Positions 17,935 through 24,000 of a stretch of DNA of 24,000 nucleotides are shown here, piece by piece; position 1 is the first letter of the stretch, and the number at the start of each line of letters is the position of its first letter. Below the pieces are notes generated by a model. That model was not told the DNA's origin. It made no database searches and saw only the letters and a list, made by a program, of their open reading frames with translations. Source of the stretch: Bacillota bacterium (GTDB lineage: Bacteria > Bacillota > Desulfotomaculia > Desulfotomaculales > Nap2-2B); the NCBI GenBank assembly GCA_040755975.1, contig JBFLZY010000040.1, forward strand, positions 1,512 through 25,511, given 5' to 3'. The position numbers and the translations under genes were made by a program.

Positions 17935-18243
17935 TCAATCTCCCGCTGGATAAAGTTTCTTGACCAGTTTTTCCCGCACGGCCTCAACTTCCCGCTCAAG
18001 ATCTTCTCTGGTATATCCTTTCTGGCGGGCTTTAGCTTCCAACTCCTCCAGAAGGCTATCCAAGGGAGACACAGGTTCCAAAACCACTCTGCCGCTATCA
18101 GCATACACCCGTAGTCTGGTCTTGGGCGTGAGGCCCAGGGCATCGCGGCTGGGTTTGGGAATTGTCACCTGACCTTTAGGAGTGGGAGATACGAACTCCA
18201 CATGCATCGCTCCTTTGGTAGTTTTCTTAATATAGTCTAGCAT
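17935..18243 (-). CDS. AbrB/SpoVT-type antitoxin
   Basis: VSPTPKGQVTIPKPSRDALGLTPKTRLRVYADSGRVVLEPV. Confidence 0.8.
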   Translation of the reverse strand: MLDYIKKTTKGAMHVEFVSPTPKGQVTIPKPSRDALGLTPKTRLRVYADSGRVVLEPVSPLDSLLEELEAKARQKGYTREDLEREVEAVREKLVKKLYPAGD

Positions 18244-18376
18244 GAATTCTTACAGTAAGCAATAGGAAAGAAGGTAAGCGACGCAACTGCTATTAAACTC
18301 AGAAAAATGGGACTTTGGCAATTATCATCTGCAGGTAAAACAGGAAACAAAGATTAAAACAATCCCGTAGACACCA

Positions 18377-18421
18377 AAAAAAAATTCCGGCTCCAGGTTT
18401 TCCCCGGCGGCCGGGATTTTT
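18377..18421 (-). terminator. Probable terminator hairpin 3' of the TolC-like gene
   Basis: AAAATTCCGGC ... GGCCGGGATTTTT hairpin between the gene end and the downstream region. Confidence 0.5.
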
Positions 18422-18447
18422 GAGGAAACTTTTTTCGAAGAACCCTT

Positions 18448-19668
18448 CTACCGCCCCGAACTGCCGCCCGTGCTGACCGCGGAACTGCTCCCGGAACTGC
18501 TCGCGCTGCTGCCGCTGCTTCCGGCCCCCGCGTATGCCCAGGGCTTGGCGAAGGCCAGCTTCAAAATCTCGTGCTGGCAGGCAAGCTCAAGAAGGCTTCT
18601 TTCGGCATCCGCGAGCTTTGCCTGTGCATCAACCACTTCCGCCTGGGTGGCCATCCCCACCGCGTACTTTACTTCGGTCACCCGCAGGTTTTCCCTCGCC
18701 GTCGCCACCTGCTGCTCCTGAGCGGCGTAGTTGTCCTCGATCTGTCGGGCGGAGTAATAAATGCTTCGTACCAGTTTACGGAATTGCTCTTCTGCGCTGG
18801 CCGCTTCCAGCTCTTTCTTGCTCACGTCGATCTCCCAGGCCTTGTAAGGATCGGTGGCGCTGCTGCTGTTGAACGGGTAGAGGTCCAGCCTCAGCTTGTA
18901 GTAATCAATGTTCTGCTTCGCCAGCCAGACGGAGGGGCTCTCCTCCACCGCCCGCTCCACCTCGGTATCCAGGTTATCCACCTTTAAAGGCTCAAAACCG
19001 GGCCTGTCAACCAGCACGGGGCGGTCCTCCGGCCACAACCCTACCAGCAGGTTGAACTGCTGGTAGGTATCGTCCAGAGCCTTTCTCGCCGCCTCCAGCG
19101 CCCCTTTCGCGGCGGAGAGCCCGGCTTCCCCCGCGACCAGGTTCGTCTTCGCCGCCATCCCTGCAGCAAACTTTGCCTTCAGCAGGCGGTACTGCCAATC
19201 CGCGTTCTTCAGGGCCAGCTCCGCCGAGCGCACTTTTTCCTGCGCCTTGATTACCTCGTAGTAGGCCTTCTGAACGGACATGGCGGTTGTGTCCTTTTCC
19301 GCCTCGTAGCTCTTTTTGGCCGACTGCCAGCCGATGTCGGCCTGCACGAGGCCGGTGAAGGCAGCGGCGGCTTCAGCCTCGTCCTCGCCGGAGATGGGTC
19401 CGGCCGGGTACCACTTTACGCTATCGGCGGCTTTCTGCCTCACCTCGTAGCTCCGGTCCACGTCGTACTCCGCCTTCTTTAAGGATTTGCTGTTGGCCAG
19501 GGCCATTTCCACGGCCTGCTGCAGGGTCAGCTCGGGCGTGGCGGGCTCTTTGGCCCAGGCCGCCGTACCCCCGGCGGTTACCCCGGCGCTCATTATTAAT
19601 CCGATCAGCACGATAAGGCCAACAACAAAACAAGGTTTGAAAAACGCAGCCGCCCAAGTTCTTCGCAA
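18448..19668 (-). CDS. TolC-family outer-membrane-efflux-like protein
   Basis: Signal peptide, then LTLQQAVEMALANSKSLKKAEYDVDRSYEVRQKA...VQKAYYEVIKAQEKVRSAELALKNADWQYRLLKAKFAAGMAAKTNLVAGEAGLSAAKGALEAARKALDDTYQQFNLLVG...KYAVGMATQAEVVDAQAKLADAERSLLELACQHEI; Ser/Gly-rich tail. Confidence 0.85.
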   Translation of the reverse strand: MRRTWAAAFFKPCFVVGLIVLIGLIMSAGVTAGGTAAWAKEPATPELTLQQAVEMALANSKSLKKAEYDVDRSYEVRQKAADSVKWYPAGPISGEDEAEAAAAFTGLVQADIGWQSAKKSYEAEKDTTAMSVQKAYYEVIKAQEKVRSAELALKNADWQYRLLKAKFAAGMAAKTNLVAGEAGLSAAKGALEAARKALDDTYQQFNLLVGLWPEDRPVLVDRPGFEPLKVDNLDTEVERAVEESPSVWLAKQNIDYYKLRLDLYPFNSSSATDPYKAWEIDVSKKELEAASAEEQFRKLVRSIYYSARQIEDNYAAQEQQVATARENLRVTEVKYAVGMATQAEVVDAQAKLADAERSLLELACQHEILKLAFAKPWAYAGAGSSGSSASSSGSSSAVSTGGSSGR

Positions 19669-19803
19669 AAAGCACCACCCCTAAAAATTTTCCTGACTTA
19701 ATTACTTCTTAACATTTTCTTCATTCAATTAACTGTTTTCCTGTTTAAGTATATACTGGCTATTTTCATAAAGTCAAGTTACAAATTTATGAACATGGAA
19801 AAT

Positions 19804-19842
19804 AAAAATTCCGGGCCCCCCGGAAGGGACCCGGAATTTTTT
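19804..19842. terminator. Strong hairpin (likely bidirectional terminator) 3' of the surface-protein gene
   Basis: AAAATTCCGGG ... CCCGGAATTTT, 11-bp perfect arms with A/T tracts on both sides. Confidence 0.75.
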
Positions 19843-19865
19843 GCGCTTTGAATTGCTTTTCAGGC

Positions 19866-22055
19866 TTAGAGCTCCATGGTGACGGTCTGGTTGGCCTCGT
19901 CCCAGTCCACCTTGGCGCCCAGGGCCTGGGCTACCCAGCGGAACGGCAGCATGGTGCGGCCATCCTTAATCTCGGCGGGAACGTCCATGGCGATGCCGAC
20001 TCCGTTAATCACCATGACGTTGCTGCCGATGGTGAGCTGCACGACCTTGTCGCCCTTGATCAGGGTAACCTTGCCGTCAGCGTACAGGATGTTCTCCGGG
20101 GTCACACCGAGGGCCTGGGCCACGTAGCGCACCGGTACGAACGTCCGGCCGTCCTTGATGTACGGAGCCACGTCCATGGTCTGCTCAATACCGTTCACGG
20201 TGTAACTGGTGTCGTTGATGGTGAAGACCACGGTGGCGTGCTGCTCGCCAGGCGCGGGGGTTACGCATACCGCGTTAGCAGCTACCGCTGCAGCCTTAGA
20301 ATTCAGCCAAATATTCGATGTTTCAACTACCGCACCACCAACAACAGCTACATAGATGGGGCCTTCGGGGACAGTCCGGTCAAGAACATATTTGATCCCG
20401 CTGATTTTAATAGTACTAGGTGTGTCACTATCATTATCAATTGTCATGATTAACTTATTATCTTTGGTAAAGTCACTATCAGCGCGAGCAACCGAGTTTT
20501 TATCGATTTTAACGTCCCCTTCAACAACCTCAACTGTTGGTACTGTTGCAAAAGCAACACCCTCGGGTAATTTAAGAGCCAGTACCTGATCTTTCTTAAG
20601 TGATCCTTTCTTAACTTCAGTAATTGTGAGATCTCCTGCTACCTGACCAGACTTACCAATCTGTACTTCCGGCTTGCTGGCGGCAGCAATCTTCACTGGA
20701 GCAACAGCTTTTGCCACGACAAGTTCACCAGAAAGACCGGCACTACCGGAAACTGTGACCACTATGTCGCCAACTTTGCCAGCTTCAAGTGAAATTTCCA
20801 CATCCTTAATCTTTAGTTCAGCAGCCCCAGAAGAAGAACCACCGCTTACAACGAACTTGGCTGTTCTATTATCACTACCGGTTAAGCCAACAAAATCGAG
20901 ATAAATACCCTTACTAGCCGAGGTATCCTTGAGAGTTGCTTCATTCCATCTGGCGTTTGCCGGTAAGGTTAGAAGTACCGTCCGATTATTAATCAGGCTT
21001 TCCTTCATACCTTCTTTAATCACAATTTCGGCAATTTCTTGATTAGTTTTACCGGCAAATACTTCTGGAACGTCACCATCAACTTTAATGGTCGCTCCAT
21101 AATCACCATAGGTACCAACAACAATTTCATCCGGAGTAAGATCAGATTCCCCTGCAACTTCACATTTTACATCTCCGAGTTCAGCTTCGGTTTCGTCAGC
21201 GACCTCGAAATTCAGGGTAATTTCAAAGCAGGTCGCTTGAGTGGACTTAGTTGCAAGATTAATGGAGGCTTCTTCATCTTCATAATCAATAGTGAGATCT
21301 AGATCTTGGCCCCAAATCGTCGACTCAGTAAGAGCCCCATCGGAACCCTTCCATTTAAAACCATCGGGTAAAGTGAGTTTAATAGTTTCAGCTTCAGCCT
21401 TGAGAGCACCTGCTCTATTTTCCTTTACCCGCAGCTTTACAGTAAAGTCGCTGTTTGAGGTATCCTTGTCAATAACACTAATTTCCGCAGCACCGCCTGT
21501 TACTTTACCAACTACCACGCTTCCGCTGGGGAAACCGGATGTAGATGGTGCATCAGCGACTAATTCAATATCACCACTATATCCATCGTCAACATAGGCT
21601 TCCATTTCAATTTTCAAAAAGGCTTTATCGCCGTCAGCAGGATCGTAGTTCTGGATAGTCACCTGAATCTGATTATCGTCCAGCAACTTTGCAACAAATT
21701 CGTTACCGCTGCCAGTATATAGAGAGTTATCCGTTCCCTCTACTCTTTGTGGTGCACTAATTTTTAACAAGCCATCTGTATCACCTGCAAAGGTGTATGT
21801 ATCGGCAGTTACTGAAGGTGCATTTGTCTTGTCATCAATAAATTTAAAACCACTCGGAAGGCCAAAAATCACTACACTTCCATTTTTGATAGCATCCGCA
21901 GGAATCTCCGCAATTACCGTTCCCAACTCATAGTATCCATCATCATCAACGTTTGGCACGGTCAAAGCATAATAACCCGTCGCTGCTCCCGCCGGCGTGG
22001 CCATCGGCACCAGCAATGTCGCCAGCAGGGCCAGGGTGGCCAGGATGGCAATCAA
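19866..22055 (-). CDS. Secreted surface protein with C-terminal copper-amine-oxidase-N/stalk-like domain; apparently lacks a normal RBS, ATG and n-region (candidate silent copy)
   Basis: Hydrophobic LIAILATLALLATLLVPMATPAGAATGYYALTVPNVDDDGYY; C-term YTVNGIEQTMDVAPYIKDGRTFVPVRYVAQALGV...VINGVGIAMDVPAEIKDGRTMLPFRWVAQALGAKVDWDEANQTVTMEL. Only an in-frame TTG begins the ORF. Confidence 0.85.
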   Translation of the reverse strand: MIAILATLALLATLLVPMATPAGAATGYYALTVPNVDDDGYYELGTVIAEIPADAIKNGSVVIFGLPSGFKFIDDKTNAPSVTADTYTFAGDTDGLLKISAPQRVEGTDNSLYTGSGNEFVAKLLDDNQIQVTIQNYDPADGDKAFLKIEMEAYVDDGYSGDIELVADAPSTSGFPSGSVVVGKVTGGAAEISVIDKDTSNSDFTVKLRVKENRAGALKAEAETIKLTLPDGFKWKGSDGALTESTIWGQDLDLTIDYEDEEASINLATKSTQATCFEITLNFEVADETEAELGDVKCEVAGESDLTPDEIVVGTYGDYGATIKVDGDVPEVFAGKTNQEIAEIVIKEGMKESLINNRTVLLTLPANARWNEATLKDTSASKGIYLDFVGLTGSDNRTAKFVVSGGSSSGAAELKIKDVEISLEAGKVGDIVVTVSGSAGLSGELVVAKAVAPVKIAAASKPEVQIGKSGQVAGDLTITEVKKGSLKKDQVLALKLPEGVAFATVPTVEVVEGDVKIDKNSVARADSDFTKDNKLIMTIDNDSDTPSTIKISGIKYVLDRTVPEGPIYVAVVGGAVVETSNIWLNSKAAAVAANAVCVTPAPGEQHATVVFTINDTSYTVNGIEQTMDVAPYIKDGRTFVPVRYVAQALGVTPENILYADGKVTLIKGDKVVQLTIGSNVMVINGVGIAMDVPAEIKDGRTMLPFRWVAQALGAKVDWDEANQTVTMEL
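21930..22054 (-). repeat. Left arm of a perfect inverted repeat (>=125 bp) in the 5' coding region of the surface-protein gene
   Basis: The reverse complement is identical base for base to 23876-24000 (tgattgccatcctggcc...gttgatgatgatggatactat). Confidence 0.97.
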
Positions 22056-22132
22056 TTCCCCTACATTCCCGAAAATTCCTTAAAAACGTGCCCGAATAGC
22101 AGTCGCCGGTTTTATTTTTGCTAACAATACAC

Positions 22133-22172
22133 AAAAAAAAGAGCGAGGGGTTGTTGCATGAAAGTCCCTCAC
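22133..22172 (-). terminator. Rho-independent terminator for the integrase gene
   Basis: Minus strand gtgaggga..cccctcgc-tc-TTTTTTTT, ~50 nt after the integrase stop. Confidence 0.65.
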
Positions 22173-22219
22173 CCTCAGGCTTCAAAATAACTCAGTTTCC
22201 TGCTCAGCAATATCTGCTG

Positions 22220-23347
22220 CTAACTTCCTGCAAACCAGGTTCCCCCGGGGAGGGCTTTTTCGATGGCTTTCACGGCCTCGGCCTGGGAATCCGGCAGCAC
22301 GTGGCTGTAGCGGTTTAAGGTAATGTTTACGCTGGAATGCCCCAGGCGTTCCGACACTATTTTCGGGTGCACACCCTGTCTTAGTAACAGTGTCGCGTGG
22401 GTGTGGCGCAGGCCATGGAAGCGAATGTCCGGCACCTCGGCCATCCGGGCGTATTTGTGGATGGCGTGTTGCAATGTACTCGGGTTCGGCGGCTTTCCTG
22501 TGCGTTTGGAATAAAATACCGGCAAGTCATCTCTCCAGGGCTCTCCTTTTCTTAACCTTTCTTCGATTTGTTGTTTCCGGTTTTGCTTTAAAATCTGCAG
22601 TGTAGTCCCGTCTAAAGGCACCCGGCGCCGGGCGGCGGCAGTCTTAGGGGGCTGGGTGCAAACCTTTCCGGGCAAGTTGACTAAAGTCCGGGTGATCTGC
22701 AAGCTCCGCCGCTCAAAGTCGATGTCCCGCCACTGCAAACCCAGGAGTTCACCCAGCCGGGCACCGGTAGACAGCGCCAGGTAAAAGAGGCAGTAATATT
22801 TGCCTCCCCGGGCAACCCGGAGAAAACGAGCGGCCTCTTCCTCCGTCCAAACCCGCATTTCTTCCTGCCTGGCCAGGGGCGGATCAACCATATCGGCAGG
22901 ATTGCAGCCAATGAATCCCCATTTCAAGGCCTTCCGCAGAGCCGCCCGCAGGGTTATGAAAAGGGCTTTTTTAGTAACCGGCTTGACCGGCAGGCGGTTC
23001 ATCGCCGTCTGGATACCCCCGGCAGTGAGTTTTTGCAAAAAAAGAGGGCCGACTGCGTTTTTCCATTGCTCGACTTGCTTCTGGTAGGTATACAGCGTTG
23101 ATGGCTTAACCCTCTCCTTTGTTGCCTCAAGCCACAGATCCAGAAATTCCGGCACGGTTATCTGCTTTGTTTCAGGACGGAGCCTGGTTACTTCCGTAAT
23201 TAACCGGGCCAATTCTCTTTCCGCCTCTCTTTTTGAACCTTTTACCGTCACCCATTTTTGGCGTCTTTTCCCGGTAACGGGATCCCGCGGGAAATCCAGC
23301 ACCAGCGTCCAGGATTTCCTGCTTCTTTTTCTGATGTGACCGCGCAT
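22220..23347 (-). CDS. Tyrosine recombinase/integrase (phage/ICE type)
   Basis: N-terminal arm-binding-like GHIRKRSRKSWTLVLDFPRDPVTGKRRQKWVTVKGSKREAE; catalytic motifs GARLGELLGLQWRDID, HGLRHTHATLLLRQG, LGHSSVNITLNRYSHVLP. Confidence 0.95.
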   Translation of the reverse strand: MRGHIRKRSRKSWTLVLDFPRDPVTGKRRQKWVTVKGSKREAERELARLITEVTRLRPETKQITVPEFLDLWLEATKERVKPSTLYTYQKQVEQWKNAVGPLFLQKLTAGGIQTAMNRLPVKPVTKKALFITLRAALRKALKWGFIGCNPADMVDPPLARQEEMRVWTEEEAARFLRVARGGKYYCLFYLALSTGARLGELLGLQWRDIDFERRSLQITRTLVNLPGKVCTQPPKTAAARRRVPLDGTTLQILKQNRKQQIEERLRKGEPWRDDLPVFYSKRTGKPPNPSTLQHAIHKYARMAEVPDIRFHGLRHTHATLLLRQGVHPKIVSERLGHSSVNITLNRYSHVLPDSQAEAVKAIEKALPGGTWFAGS

Positions 23348-23856
23348 AGTTTTCTCTTCTCCTTCCCTATCCTGGTTGATTGATTGCTATTAAAAACATT
23401 CCGGCTAAAAGGCAACTCCCTTGAGCGATCAGCATGAAACCAGGCACCAAGATTTTTTAATTTTTTTCCCGGCGGATGGAACTTTTTAGGTTGGTCTGTT
23501 GTCTAATAAATCAGGATGCGAAAGAAGAAGGGATTAACAAAATAAATACCTGCCTGGCAACGGGGAAAATTTTTGCTAACAAAGAAGGAAAAATGGGTGA
23601 ACGCGCAGAATATTCCTTTGTTGCCTGACTAATTTGCTTACTGGCTGGCTTTTATCAGCCCGTAATAGAAAACGCAGCAGTTCAACGAAGCTTTAGACGC
23701 AGCAGGAAACGAGAGATTTTCTAAAGGGGGGAGCAGCAGGTAAAAAAGGGCGACCGGCCCGCAAGAACGAAGGAAGAAAGCCTGTTTTCAGGCAACGCAA
23801 AGGCTGAAAAAGAGCAAAAAAGCAAAACCAATTTGTAAAAAGGAGGTTCAAACTGG

Positions 23857-24000
23857 ATGCGGAAATCCAGGAAACTGATTGCCATCCTGGCCACCCTGGC
23901 CCTGCTGGCGACATTGCTGGTGCCGATGGCCACGCCGGCGGGAGCAGCGACGGGTTATTATGCTTTGACCGTGCCAAACGTTGATGATGATGGATACTAT
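23857..24000 (+). CDS. Second surface-protein gene (5' end only; runs off right edge)
   Basis: AGGAGG at 23841-23846, ATG at 23857, MRKSRKLIAILATLALLATLLVPMATPAGAATGYYALTVPNVDDDGYY; from residue 7 on identical to the N-terminus of the 19866-22055 product. Confidence 0.93.
   Translation, partial: MRKSRKLIAILATLALLATLLVPMATPAGAATGYYALTVPNVDDDGYY
23876..24000 (+). repeat. Right arm of the perfect inverted repeat, continuing past the window edge
   Basis: Identical to the reverse complement of 21930-22054. Confidence 0.97.

Noticed and set aside
22220-23347. Integrase as part of a conventional ICE or prophage inside this window
   Set aside because: No excisionase, replication, relaxase, or cargo genes accompany it. 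It is flanked directly by the surface-protein genes.
23758-23815. Possible cyclic-di-GMP-I type riboswitch in the surface-gene leader (gcaacgcaaaggctg)
   Set aside because: Only the acgcaaagg-like string matches. The rest of the conserved core and paired stems could not be assembled by eye. An Infernal scan would settle it.
1-24000. CRISPR array, restriction-modification, retron or phage structural module
   Set aside because: No regularly spaced repeats, cas, methyltransferase, reverse transcriptase or phage structural proteins are visible in the window.

Overview
The first ~11 kb is a compact minus-strand tetrapyrrole cluster, in transcription order: polyprenyl synthase, precorrin-2 dehydrogenase/ferrochelatase, hemA, hemC, a cobA-hemD fusion, an AhbC-like radical SAM gene, hemB, an AhbD-like radical SAM gene, two siroheme-decarboxylase-like genes, and partial hemL. 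Together these encode a siroheme-dependent heme pathway. The gene content resembles Pelotomaculum/Desulfotomaculum-type Firmicutes; this is inference and no search was run. A MaoC-like gene follows, then a selenocysteine tRNA (selC, 12463-12560) missing from the ORF track. Next comes a decayed accessory region: chimeric RND-pump remnants, an Rpn-family nuclease with compensating frameshifts, and at least five intact or decaying toxin-antitoxin-like modules. The last 4-5 kb holds a TolC-family protein and a 729-aa secreted protein with a C-terminal copper-amine-oxidase-N-like domain (minus strand). A tyrosine recombinase follows, then the start of a second, divergent surface-protein gene (plus strand). 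The two surface-protein genes share a perfect inverted repeat of at least 125 bp (21930-22054 vs 23876-24000) that starts inside the signal-peptide coding sequence. Only the right copy has an RBS, ATG and basic n-region. This is the architecture expected of an invertible expression switch for surface proteins, and it is the strongest lead in the window. The heme cluster also carries a ~260-bp long-inverted-repeat element overlapping the ahbD 3' end, a related fragment forming the ahbC C-terminus, and paired hairpins flanking hemC.
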